Part shown: piece after piece, positions 37,233-48,780 of the stretch
How positions within the stretch are numbered: position 1 is the first letter of the stretch
Layout: every line of letters starts with the position of its first letter
DNA from: Selaginella moellendorffii
Lineage: Eukaryota; Plantae; Lycopodiophyta
DNA length: 64,000 bases
Assembly: GCF_000143415.4 (NCBI RefSeq)
Contig: NW_003314265.1
Coordinates: forward strand, 3,592,443 to 3,656,442
Direction of reading: 5' to 3'
Notes under the pieces: generated by a model
The model's input: only the letters and a program-made list of their open reading frames with translations
What the model was told of the DNA's origin: nothing
The model's database searches: none
Translations under genes and position numbers: made by a program

Positions 37233-40200
37233 CAACAGTTCTTTGATCCTGTTTTACAGCATCACCAACAGCAACAGCAGCAGCATCAAGCTTTTTACGA
37301 CCAGTCCTTCCAAGCTATGCAGATGGAAAAGCTGAGGCACCAGGAGCTTCTCTTAGGCCAGGGACAGGGGCATGGTTTAGGAATCCAGCAGCTAGCTAGA
37401 GCTCATATGGGAACGCCTCAGGTAGACAGTTATCCTATTAGGAACGCTTCCATTCAGCCGGCACCACTCTACGGATTCCCGAACGACATGAATCAGCAGC
37501 GCCTCGTTGGAAAGCATATGGAGGCGTTCAATGGTGCCCAGTCGGAGAGTGAAGCTATCGATATGAACGATCTGTTTGGAGGAGTCGAGAAGCTTTTTGC
37601 TGACGATTCGGTGCAAGAGAGCAAGTCTGCGATTCCTGGTTTCGGTAGCTTGGGGGCATCTCTTATCAATGGTTGCGAGGCTGAGCTGTTTGGAGATGGT
37701 GGTACGCCTTTCTTCGGACGATGCATGCAGAAAGCTGATAATCAAGAAGCATTCCGGCCGGCCTTTTCTCTTGGTATGCAAGATAGTAACCACAGGCCGT
37801 CATCGGCGGATGGTGGTACACAGTTTTTAGGACGAGGCATGCAGAAAGCGGAGAGTCAAGAAGCATTCCGGCAGAACTTTCCTACTGGTATGCAAGATAG
37901 TAACCACAGGCCGTCATCGGGAGATGGTGGCTCATCTTTCTTTGGACGAGGCATGCCGAAAGCTGACACCCAAGAAGCATTCCGGCCGGCCTTTTCTCTT
38001 GGAATGCAAGATAGTAACCACAGGCCGTCGTCGGGAGGTGCTCAGGTTCGGTTCTCTCAGAATTCTTCTGAAGGTGGGCCTTGGTTGAAAGATACAACAG
38101 TTCCTACCGGAGAACTTGGCGGCAACAGGCCTGCTGCTCCTTTCAAGAATCCCGTCTCGAAACCAGCCTTCGCCACACGACAGTTTTTTCCAAAGGCTGA
38201 GCTGCGTTCGCCAGCTTTGGCAGACAACATTCGGCCTGCCAGTGCCCAAACGTCAGACAACTCAAACATATTTCAGAGCAAAGACAAGGACGAGGTGTTG
38301 GCGGCTAAAGTTTTTGAAAGCTCTGCACAGAGCAAACCAACGGGGGCTGGACTGATAAGCTCACCTTTGCCGTTGCAAACTCCGTCGCAGCAAGAAAGGC
38401 AAGTGTTGCAGTCCAGTTCGAAAAGGCTTGGCAGCGACATTCACCGGATCTCCAGGGATTATTCCTGGCAGACAACCAGTATGTTTGGACATGCTCAACA
38501 CAAGCCTGTAGAGTCTGATTCGATCTACGACGTGGTTCAGCTGCAGCATCAAAACCGTGTTTCTCCTGCTGCCTCGCAAGCCCCACCAGTTCAGTCGACT
38601 AAACCCCCAGAGCCTCAACTAAAGCAGATAACCGAGGAAGCGAATCAGCAAGGTGGTGGGGCTGCGTTGCCAGCTTCGAACTTTACGACATTGGGGCATT
38701 CCAAGCCAGCTACACCTCAGCAGCTTCTTCAGGTGCCCAAAGACATGCAGCCAGTGGATATGCAAAAGTCGCAAAACGTTTCATCTTCAAGCAAACCAGA
38801 CTTCAAAAGTACAGCTGACGAGCAAGCGGTGGCGAATCAGCATGGCGGGCAAATGCTTAGCGTGAGCACGGCTGCTTCAAGCTTTACGACAATGGCACAC
38901 TCGAAACTCATCGCACCTCAGCAGCTACAAGTTCCTAAAGACGTGCATCATGTAGAGTCGCAGCAAAGGTCGCAGATGCAAGTTCCTAAAGACGTGCAAC
39001 CGGTAGAGTCGCAGCAAAGGTCCCAGAACGCTGCAACTTCCGTTCAACCAGGCAAATCAGAGCCGCAGCTAACGCAGGACTTGCAATCTGCAGCAGACGA
39101 ACAACCTTTACCTGAGTTGGCAAATCAGCAAAGCGCGCAGTCGAGTTTTGGACATGAAAAGCTGGTCGCATCTCAACAGCTCCTTCAAGTTCCTAATGAC
39201 TTGCAACCTCCTCAGAAAGCTCCTCAGGTTTCTCTACACCAACAACGTGTAGAAGCGGCTTTGCAAGCGTATGCTTTGGCCAAGGGTGGTCTCGTACCAC
39301 AGGGATCCGAGCAAGCTGGAACTTCTACTATAGGACCCGGTAAAAGCAGCAGTGATTCCAATGCTCAAGGTAACGTTGGAGAAGCCATGAAACAACAGCT
39401 GCTCTTGAACTCCACTTTTGCGAGTTCCGTTCTCCCCAAAAAGAGAAAGGTTGAAGTTCCACCTTTGATTCCATGGCGGACAGCTATTTCTCAGTTGACG
39501 GGCGCCCTTCCTACGATCAGGTACTTCTTTATTTAATTGTTTCCAATTCCTGACTTTCTGTCTCATCAGACCTGCTGAGCTTCAATGGGCAACTGATACG
39601 AATCGGCTTCCAGAAAAGGTTTGTCCGATACTATGGTTCCGTTTGTTAATTGCTTTCTTGTGGTAAACAGGACATTGACGAAGAGTATTATGCCCAAGAT
39701 GAAAGCTTTCACTTCGTGGCCCGTGCTAAACAAAGACTAAAACTAACAACTCAGCTGATGCAGAATAGCTTACCTCCTGTACCAGCCGCATTGATGCAAA
39801 GTAGTTCTGTTGAAGATCGGGAATGTGCAATGTACGTCCTTGCACGTCTGTCCTTGGGAGAAGCTTGCAGGTAATGTTTTTGGCGTTTCCTTGTCTCCCC
39901 TTACACACCAGTTGGCAGGATCACCGCGAATGAGGATGGACCTCAAGCGAAAACTAACACGATAGCTGCAACCTCCGAGTTAATAGCCGAGGGATTCAAA
40001 GATAGGATCAAGTACCTGGAGAGAGTTCTACAAAGGTATAGTCGACATATTAACTTCGCATTTCACCTCGCGGCCTACTTTACTGTATTTGTAGATTGGA
40101 CACACTGCCGTTGACGCAAGAGTTCGTGAAGAACATGCAATACCTGGACAAAGTTTGTGTCACCAACCGGCTCATGAAATGCCATCAAGAGCTGTTTCCG

Positions 40201-40329
40201 GTGAACTTCACCTCCCAGAGACGCATCCAGCAAGTACAAAGATCCTGTCCCCAGCCATACGTGACAGTGATTCCAATGCCGAGCGCAGTCTTTCCACTAC
40301 CTGAAGAGTTCCAATTGGTCTCTCTTTAG
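36930..40329 (+). CDS. Q-rich protein with an At5g07940/70/80-family C-terminus ('dentin sialophosphoprotein-like'; recalled as SYS subunits of plant SWI/SNF)
   Basis: PKKRK...LIPW..|.AELQWATDTNRLPEK|...RAKQRLKLTTQLMQ..LPPVPA...YVLARLSLGEAC and terminal PQPYVT.IPMP...LSL*; polyQ N-terminal region. Confidence 0.75.
37695..38036 (+). repeat. Coding tandem repeat, 3 x 114 bp (38 aa)
   Basis: DGG..F.GR.M.KA..QEAFR..F..GMQDSNHRPSS units start at 37695, 37809 and 37923. Confidence 0.95.
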
Positions 40330-40768
40330 GATGTATTATAAAAGGTATGTCTTTTCTTCAAATTTCGACTTCGGTGGAATTTGTAAGTCCGTGTACAGGC
40401 AACGGAAACAATGCGCCAGCCTTACACGAGACGGCGTGTTTTTTTTTCTTTTAGGCACACTGACTCGCTGACTCGCAGCCTTGAATTTTCCACTAACCAA
40501 GGTTTTGCTCAAGCTCAGGTACTGGTCTGTATCTCGGTTTGGATTGATTGTTGGATGCGAGGCAGGCAGTCAACACGGATAGCTTTCGCATTGGTTCCGC
40601 TTTGCACAAGAGTAGTCATTCAGCTCAAGGTGAGAGAGTGCCTCGTGTTTGAAAAAAGCTTTGTTACTGACATCGTTCTTTTGGAATGGATACACAGGAA
40701 ACTCTCGAGAGATATGTTTCGTGCTTCCAGCGATGCCTGGAACTGCTATAGAACTTGGGCGATCGCCC

Positions 40769-41779
40769 TCAAATGGACGAGATCTGCCTGGGTGTGAGCT
40801 TCATCCTGTCGGCGTGGCCCAGGCTGCTAAAGCTGTGAGTTCTCACTTCCTCGCCCGCTAGATGCTGCGTGATGAGCTCGGGTGCAAAGCTGCAGGCGTT
40901 TTCGATCTCCAGATACGGGATGTGCTTGTCCTGCTCGCTGGTGTTGGAATACGTCCCGCAGATGGCTACGTCCTTTTTCCATAGGCCTTCGTACTTGGAG
41001 CACTTGTCGCCATAGTAGTAAATGCCTTTGCCTTCCTTCATGTCGTTCACGAATGAGCCTTTGTACAGATCGCCATTCACTGCAAGAAGGAAAAACCCAA
41101 GTTTTCAGAAGCCACAGCTTGCAAGCTCGTCGATACCCATTTTGAGTAGACCCACGCCTTCTCTCTTGTCATTCACCCATTGTCCATGGTAGACGTGGAA
41201 TCCGTTCGTTAACTGGCACCGATAGAACTGCTTGCCAACACCGTTGCGCAAGCCATACGCAAAGTTTCCATCGTAAGTTTCTCCAAAGGCACCATGTAGC
41301 AATCCGGGGCCCTGAGCAAAACAAAGAAAAAATCGTAAGCAAAGAATCCATTCCTCCAAGAATCGAGGAGCGAAGAACTTAACGTGTTTCTTGCCTTCCT
41401 TGTAATGCCCCTTGTAAACCACACGGTACTTGTCCACCTCCTCGTCGGCGAGATACAAAGTGCCATAGCCATCCCTCTTTCCATTCTTCCAATCACCCTC
41501 ATACCTTATCCCAGTCTTGTAGTTGTGGATTCCAGCGCCTGGAGGAAACGAACGCGCAGAGATTTAGACGATCCGGAAGCTAGAATCTGGGGACTCACCA
41601 TCGCGCTTGTTCTTGTCCCAGCAGCCGCGATACACATCGCCATGGACCCAGTAGACATTGTGGCAGTAGCCGTGCTTGTCCGCGAGCCGATCGTTGATCT
41701 GCCATAGCCGCTCCTTCTTCTCCTCCTTCTTGCCCTTGCCGCGATCGCTGGAGATCGTCGGGCTCGGCAGCATTTTCAT
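40769..41779 (-). CDS. MORN3: MORN3-like MORN-repeat protein (axonemal/radial-spoke type)
   Basis: LW..DRLADKHG....Y.VHGDVYRGCW..NKRDG|...YEGDWKNGKRDGYGTLYL.....YRVVY.G..; ends YEGLWKKDVAICGT...IPYLEI, following animal MORN3. Confidence 0.8.
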
Positions 41780-41969
41780 CGCTCTCACCGCGCACCGCCA
41801 TCCAGACCTAAATTTCAAGCAGCGCCAAAACCTTCCTTCTCCCTCCGAAATTTCAGGGAAAGAGTTGAGCTGTACGATGACGTGGTAAAAGGTCGCCACG
41901 TGTAAAGGTTTTAATGACGTGGTAAAGCTACTTGATGACGTGGTGAACTATGTAGATTAGGGCTCTTGG

Positions 41970-44792
41970 ATGATCGCATTGTCCAACGATCATGCCGCCG
42001 CGATCCGGTGGTGCTCCCTGTCGCGAAATATCGCCGAGGGAAGGCGCATTGACGGCGCGATCGTCAAGAGCGGCCAGAACGGGGATTGTTTCCTGTGCAA
42101 TCTCCTCATCCAAATGTATGGCCGATGCGGCAGCGTCGACGAGGCGCGATCGGTGTTCGATCGCATGCCGCGCAGGAACGACTTCTCCTGGAGCATCCTC
42201 CTCACGGCGTACGCGCAGAACGGCCGTGGCGCCGAGGCGCTGGAGCTCTTGGATCGTATGGAGGAGCGGCGGATCCTTCCCCACAGGACGACGCTGGTGA
42301 GTGCCATCAGCGCCTGCGCTAGCTCTGGTAATCTCGCGCGGGGGCGCCAGCTCCACGCCGCGGCGATTGCTCGGAGGCTGGACAGGGAGACCTTGTTAGC
42401 GAATTCGCTCATTGCGATGTATGGCAAGTGCCACAGCCTCGCGGAGGCCGAGCGGCTCTTCCACAGCCTAGAGCGCAAGGATCCAGTGACTTGGAACACG
42501 ATGATCGGGGCATTCACTCACAACGGCCAGCCTCGACTAGCTGTGGATCTTTACGCGAGAATGGGCAGCGGCGATCGCAACTCTGTCACCTTTCTTGGAG
42601 TTCTAGAGGCGTGCTCGGCTCTCGGGGATCTGGATCTGGGAAGAACAGTGGATTCTAGCATCGCCGGCTCGGAGTGGAGGGACGACGTCGTGGTTGGCAC
42701 GGCGGTGGTGGGCATGTATGGGAGGTGCCGCTCGATCGAAGAGGCGAGGCAGAGATTCGACTCCATGCCCGTGAAGAATGTGGTATCGTGGAACGCTCTC
42801 GTCACGTCGTATGCCCGGAATGGGCATCCTTGCGGGGCATTGCGAGCGCTCCGCGAGATGGACTTGGACGGGACCAAGCTCAACCCGGTAACTTTTCTCT
42901 TGGTCATCGAGGTGGCTACGCAGCTGGGAAGCCTCTCTCTCGGTAGAAGCATCCATCTGCGCATCACTCGCGGTGGTGATGGTGGTGGAACTCGTTTGGA
43001 GAATGCGCTGATATCCATGTACGGGAAGCTGGAGAACTTGGAGGAATCGCTCCGTGTTTTCGAAGTGATGGCAAACAAGGATGTCGTATCGTGGACTGCG
43101 ATGATCACGGCTTATGCGCAAAACGGGCATGAGAGACTAGCGCTGGAGCTTTACAGGAGAATGGAGCTCGAGAAGAGAGTGAGGCCGGACAGGGTGACTT
43201 ACGCAGCGGTTCTCGGTGCTTGCTCGGGACTGGGAGATCTTTCGACGGGGAAAGAAATCTACGCTAGAGTCTGCTCGAGTGACTTTGATGTCGATGCTGC
43301 TCTCAAAACGTCTCTTGTGGGACTCTATGGGAAGTGCCACTGTTTGGAGGATGCCAAGGAGGTGTTTGACAGTATCTCTAGCAGGGACCGACTGGCTTAC
43401 AATGCCATGCTAGCTGCATATGCCCAAAACGGGCATCCCGACGACGCCTTGAATCTCTACAGGCAGATGGTTGAGGAGCTCAAAGACGACGTCGATACAA
43501 TCACGTTCGTGACGATCCTGGCTGTGTGCTCGGCCTCGAATCTGCTAGAGCAAGGCAGAAGGATTCAAGACGATATCGAGAGGCTTGGCTACCAGCAAGA
43601 CGAAGTTGTTGGTAGCGCGCTTATAAGCCTCTATGGGACTTGCAAGTGCCTGGAAGAAGCGAGGGCCGTGTTCCAGAGTTTTAGCACCCGTTCCAGCTCC
43701 AATGCGGTGGTGTGGAACGCGATGATAACCGCACTCTTCAACAATTCTCACGAGGCCGAAGCAGTCGGACTCTTCCGTAAGATGGATTTGGAAGGAGTCG
43801 AGCCAACAGATACGAGTTTTGCCGTAGCACTTATGGCATGCACCGCATTGAAGGACTTGGTAACAGGAAAGTCTCTCCACGGAAGGATTCAGGTTGCCGG
43901 GATTAAGCTGGACGAGGTTCTGGCCACAACGCTGGTTGGATTCTACGGAGAAGTCGGGAGCCTGGAAGAGGCCGAGAGGATCTTCGAGCAAATGCCAGTG
44001 AAGGACGTGTTCAGCTACTCGGCGATGATCGGGGCCTATTCTCAAAACGGCTGTGAAGGGAGAGCCATGACGATCTACGCTGAGATGGACCAGCAAGGCA
44101 TCAAACCCGACGAGGTGGCCTTCATCAGCGTTCTAAGTGCCTGCTCCTCGAACTTAGCAACGGAAGTGCACACCGAGATTGTTCACGCCGGTTTCGAGGC
44201 CGATGGAGCTCTGGGGACGGCACTCGTGTGCATGTACGCGAAGTCCGGCAACTTGGAAGAGTCGAGACGGATCTTCGGGGCGATGAAGAGCCGAGACTCG
44301 GTATCCTGGACGGCGATGATCAGTGCTTTCGCTCGGCACGGCTGCGAGGCGAAGCTGCTGTTCCAGGGAATGGCTCTGGACGGGATCGACGCGAAAGGCT
44401 CCACTCTCACGAGCATGCTCGTCTCCTATAGCCAGTCGGGAGTGGACGCTGCTCGAGGCTTTTTCGTGGCGATGCAGGGAGACTTTGGGACTTGCCCCGC
44501 GGCCGAGCACTACTCGTGCCTGGTGGATCTCCTGGCAAGAAGCGGCAGAGTTGGCGAGGCCAAAGAGCTGGTTGACAGCATGCCGCTCGAGCCCGACTTC
44601 GTGCCGTGGATGACGCTGCTCGGCGCGTGCAAAACGCATGGGGATCTGGAGCAGGCCAAGAGCGCTGCTCGCGGCGTGCTGGAGGTGGATTCCCACAGCC
44701 CTGGTGCTTATCTGGTTTTGTCAACGCTATGCTCTGGATGGGGGACAAAGTTGGAAACCCCAAAACTACCATTTTATTATTCCGGAGGATGA
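41970..44792 (+). CDS. PLS-class PPR protein with E domain, intronless, no DYW
   Basis: Repeated L..MYGKC.SL.EA..VF..M...VVSWNA.I.AYAQNG units; HYSCLVDLLARSGR...SMPLEPDFVPWMTLLGACKTHGD...AYLVLS. Confidence 0.95.
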   Translation: MIALSNDHAAAIRWCSLSRNIAEGRRIDGAIVKSGQNGDCFLCNLLIQMYGRCGSVDEARSVFDRMPRRNDFSWSILLTAYAQNGRGAEALELLDRMEERRILPHRTTLVSAISACASSGNLARGRQLHAAAIARRLDRETLLANSLIAMYGKCHSLAEAERLFHSLERKDPVTWNTMIGAFTHNGQPRLAVDLYARMGSGDRNSVTFLGVLEACSALGDLDLGRTVDSSIAGSEWRDDVVVGTAVVGMYGRCRSIEEARQRFDSMPVKNVVSWNALVTSYARNGHPCGALRALREMDLDGTKLNPVTFLLVIEVATQLGSLSLGRSIHLRITRGGDGGGTRLENALISMYGKLENLEESLRVFEVMANKDVVSWTAMITAYAQNGHERLALELYRRMELEKRVRPDRVTYAAVLGACSGLGDLSTGKEIYARVCSSDFDVDAALKTSLVGLYGKCHCLEDAKEVFDSISSRDRLAYNAMLAAYAQNGHPDDALNLYRQMVEELKDDVDTITFVTILAVCSASNLLEQGRRIQDDIERLGYQQDEVVGSALISLYGTCKCLEEARAVFQSFSTRSSSNAVVWNAMITALFNNSHEAEAVGLFRKMDLEGVEPTDTSFAVALMACTALKDLVTGKSLHGRIQVAGIKLDEVLATTLVGFYGEVGSLEEAERIFEQMPVKDVFSYSAMIGAYSQNGCEGRAMTIYAEMDQQGIKPDEVAFISVLSACSSNLATEVHTEIVHAGFEADGALGTALVCMYAKSGNLEESRRIFGAMKSRDSVSWTAMISAFARHGCEAKLLFQGMALDGIDAKGSTLTSMLVSYSQSGVDAARGFFVAMQGDFGTCPAAEHYSCLVDLLARSGRVGEAKELVDSMPLEPDFVPWMTLLGACKTHGDLEQAKSAARGVLEVDSHSPGAYLVLSTLCSGWGTKLETPKLPFYYSGG

Positions 44793-44861
44793 GAGCGAGA
44801 CATCAACTACATGAGGCACATACGTTAATCGTCCCAAGCGTCAGCAGCGAAGAGGAATCTG

Positions 44862-46475
44862 TCATGCTTGAGCGAGACGTGCACGACGCTCCTCCGACAG
44901 CCATCGTGCAAAGCTGCAGAACAAGAGAACAGGAAACTTGAGCTCGGGATGCAACAAGACCATGGCTTCTCACCTCTGGACGGCCTCCTTGTTGGTGGTG
45001 GAGGCGTCGGGAATGGGCAGGAGCTTCCCGTTATCGAAGTCGACGCGGCGGAGGGGCTCGTCGAGGAGGTCCTTGCCTCGCTTGACGAGAGCTTTCAGAT
45101 TGTTGGGGCTGACGTCGTCCATGTTGGCGAGGCCATCGTCGAGAGGGGAGATCTGGATCCTCAGGAAGTTCTCCTCGCACAGGCCGGAGCGGAAGAGCAC
45201 GCACAGGCTGTGGTCCACCATGTCCGAGCTCGCGTTCATCAGCATGTCGATGAGCGGCGTCCGGTTGCTGTTGATCACCCAGCGCAGCGCTCCCCAGTTG
45301 GACAGCTCCTTGGCCTCGTAGCTGAAACTCTGCGTGCCGCAGCCGAGCGACAGGACGAGCAGGTTTTCAAAGTTCTGGAGCAAAGCAGGGATCATCCAAC
45401 AAGTTAGAATTCGAGCTAAGAAACGTGGACAGGACAGTCAACTCGAGGGAGAAAGTTTGAGAAGACACAGATCGAGAGAGGGAGAAACTTGGACAAGGGA
45501 GTCAAGCTAAAGGACTTCGAGCTGAAGATCAAGAGCTGCGAGATCAAGAGAGAGGACTATAGGAGAATGGAAAGACTGTTTACGCTGAAGAGGGAATTAG
45601 CATCCTCGTGGATCCGAAACGCCTCGGTGATGGCCAGAAACGAGGGATTGTTGGCGACGAGGCCGCCATCGACGAGGTGGAACTCGGAGTCACTCCCGGT
45701 GTTGAAAAACTTTGGAGGGAAGTAAGTCGGAGCCGCAGAGGTCCCCCGGGCAATGTCGCGGAGGTACGCATTGTGAGCATTCTTGGATTTCGCCTGTGTC
45801 ACACAACTCAACTCGATCAGTATGTTCTCGGCATCACTCCTTTCTCCTTCTTTCTCATTCTTTCCCATCTTTGGAAGATCTTTACCTCGACGGACGAGAA
45901 GAAGACTGGCTGCTGTAGCTTAGTGTCAAAGGTCGGGATGATCACGTTTGTGAGTGTGTCCTGGAGCCGGAGGTCTTTGAGGTAGCCGTGGAGGAGCTTC
46001 TCCAGCTCGTGACCCGAGTACTTTGGCCCAAACAAGCCGGTGATCCCTTTCGATATGCTGGAGAAGAAAAGCACGGTTGAATCTCTTGATCTTGGTCGCG
46101 CATAAGCAAGAACAACTTACTAGCCCTGTGGGAAGACAAACTTGCCCTTGTTCATGTAAAAGTCCGTCACCTCCTTGGCAGTGAAGAGCGGCCTGTTGTT
46201 CTCGCCCGGGGCCGTGAGGCAGATGGTTATCAATCCGCCGGTGCTCGTGCCCGCGATCACATCGAAGTAGTCTGCGAGACGCACATCCGGGCCATCCATG
46301 TCCTGCAAGGATCACGATGTTACATGGATCTTGTTGATGTTTTCTCGAGGATTACCTGCAAGCACTGCTCCAGATACTCGAGGATCTGGGCTGGAATGAG
46401 GCCGCGAATTCCCCCTCCATCCAGGCTGAGCACGCATTTGCGCTTGCCAGGAGTGCCTTTGGAGTACTTGGCCAT
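44862..46475 (-). CDS. Patatin-like phospholipase A (pPLA-II), multi-exon
   Basis: [27 protein letters not shown] (catalytic Ser), [20 protein letters not shown] (catalytic Asp), LSLGCG; last exon [16 protein letters not shown]. Confidence 0.95.
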
Positions 46476-47027
46476 GATCAGTGATACTTAGTTGTGGTGG
46501 ACTGGGCCTGGGTATGTAGATATATATCACGGCCTCCTTCTATACAGCTAACTTCAGTACAGTTTGATCTGTGAAACTTTCACAATTTTAACGTTTGTTC
46601 TGTCGCCATCAGCCATGTGATTCACGCTTACTGTAAAGATTACGGAAAGCTAATCTAGTGTCTATATAAAATTTATATATAAAAATATATTTAACTATTA
46701 TAACAAAACTATCATTGTTACTATGTTTATTGCTTGTGTATGGCTGCATGGGCAGTGCATCATGAATAGAATCATAGAAAAGAAAACTAAAGTATTTCCT
46801 ACATCTGATCCTTCCAAAATCAAAATTTATATGTGGAAATATTTAGTATTATTTACTATTATTATATTTATTTGCTACCTAGAAAATATTCCTGCATGGA
46901 TGCTTGCTAGCAAGCTGGCAAGCTGTGCACCGCCCAGAAGGTCCACGAGCTCATCTATCGTTATTGCTGGCTGGACAAACTTTGAACAAACAACGTGATA
47001 TAATAATATGCCTAAGATAGAGATTGC

Positions 47028-48635
47028 ATGGAGAGCTTGGCCACCGCTGATGAGCTTGCTAGCAAGCTGACAAGCTTCACCACTTCTAGGGATCTCAAGA
47101 GTGGCCAGAAAGTCCACGCGCTCATCTCCAACAGCCCTACACACAGCAATGATCGCTACCTTGCAAATCTGCTCGTGAGAATGTATGGCAAGTGTGGCTG
47201 TATTGCCGATGCGAGTGCCGTCTTTCATGGCATCCAGCAGCCGAACCTCATCTCTTACAACATTGCCATTGCTGCGTTTCTTGATAACGGAGATATCTCC
47301 AGTGCCAAGGAAATCTTCGACCACAAGATGCCACTTCATGACCAAATCACGTCCACACTCATTATAAGAGCGCTAGCAAGAGAGGGCCATCTTCACCACG
47401 CTAAAGCCGCATTTGATCGCGCACATGAACGCGACATTGTTGCCTGGACTTGCCTCGTTCAAGCATGTGCCAATAGCGGGCATTTCGTGCTTGCAAGGAG
47501 CCTTTTTGACCAAATGCCTTATCGTAGCATAATTTCGTGGGCAACGATAATTAGTATTTACAACACCAGTGATACTGTACATTTAGCTCAAAGCTTGTTT
47601 GATAGCATGCCCGAGTGGAATGTTGTAATATGGAATCTTTTGGTCTTCGCGTATGCTCAAACTGGCGATATGCTTGCTGCTTCTTTGGTCATGCAGCGTA
47701 TGCCCGAGAGGGACCTGGTAACATGGACAACCATGCTTCACGGATATACGCAGTGGCGCAACATAGATGGAGCCATATCCTGCCTCCATAAAATGCCGGA
47801 GTTGGATATGGTATCCTACACCGCCGCTATCCAGGCATATGCCCAAGACGGGCATGTCCGGAAGGCTGAGAATCTTTTTGCACGACTAGCTGAGAAGGAC
47901 CTCGTGTGCTGGAATACTATGGTAATGGGATACCTGGAATGTTTTGAATGCGAGCAAGCAAAGATCTTGTTTGATAGAATGCCAAGACACAATGTTGTGT
48001 CATGGAACGCGATGCTTTCACTTTACGGACAGACCGGCCACTTGGACGAGGCCAAGGGACTGTTTGAAATCATCCCCGAGCGGAGCATGGCATCATGGAA
48101 CCGGATGCTCCTCGGCTACGCCCAAAACTTCGACCTGGTTGGTGCAAAGGCGTTGTTTGATTCCATGCCTGACCACGATTTGGTGTCATGGAACACAATG
48201 GTGGTAGCATTTGCACATAGCATGCGATTTGAGAGCGCCACCCAGACCTTTTGGAGGATTCCAATGCCGGAGGCCGAGGCTTGGAACTCAATGGTGGCAC
48301 TGTGTGCCAAGTTTGGCCAAGGTGGGATGGCTATCACATTCTTCCACGAGATGCTATGCCAAGGGTTACTTCCGGACAAGCTAACTTTCACAAGTGTTCT
48401 TGCGTCCTGTGACCATTTGGGATTGATGGATGAAGCATGCCAGTATTTTCAATCAATGCTAATAGATTACGGTATGGATCCATGGAGGCAACACTACTCT
48501 TCCTTAGTTGGAATGTTGGGACGATGCGGCCAGCTTAAGAATGCGGAGGATCTGATAGAAAAAATGCCCTATGTGCCTGATTCAGTGGTTTGGGGAGCCT
48601 TTCATGGCACTTCTAGAATTCATAATGGAGGTTAG
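47028..48635 (+). CDS. PLS-class PPR protein with tandem short repeats and truncated E domain
   Basis: FD.MP..D.VSWN.M...YAQ.G repeats; HYSSLVGMLGRCGQL...MPYVPDSVVWGA. Confidence 0.93.
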   Translation: MESLATADELASKLTSFTTSRDLKSGQKVHALISNSPTHSNDRYLANLLVRMYGKCGCIADASAVFHGIQQPNLISYNIAIAAFLDNGDISSAKEIFDHKMPLHDQITSTLIIRALAREGHLHHAKAAFDRAHERDIVAWTCLVQACANSGHFVLARSLFDQMPYRSIISWATIISIYNTSDTVHLAQSLFDSMPEWNVVIWNLLVFAYAQTGDMLAASLVMQRMPERDLVTWTTMLHGYTQWRNIDGAISCLHKMPELDMVSYTAAIQAYAQDGHVRKAENLFARLAEKDLVCWNTMVMGYLECFECEQAKILFDRMPRHNVVSWNAMLSLYGQTGHLDEAKGLFEIIPERSMASWNRMLLGYAQNFDLVGAKALFDSMPDHDLVSWNTMVVAFAHSMRFESATQTFWRIPMPEAEAWNSMVALCAKFGQGGMAITFFHEMLCQGLLPDKLTFTSVLASCDHLGLMDEACQYFQSMLIDYGMDPWRQHYSSLVGMLGRCGQLKNAEDLIEKMPYVPDSVVWGAFHGTSRIHNGG

Positions 48636-48780
48636 AGGTAAATTGGTCATGTGAGTAAATTCTAGAAAATGTTTAAGAAATAATCTTAAAGTGTTTTATA
48701 TTTAGGCGAATTTAAATATTATTACGAGTAAAAGTTGAAGAACCCTAAAAGGTTGGCAAGAGGTTTGACCGAAATTAAAG

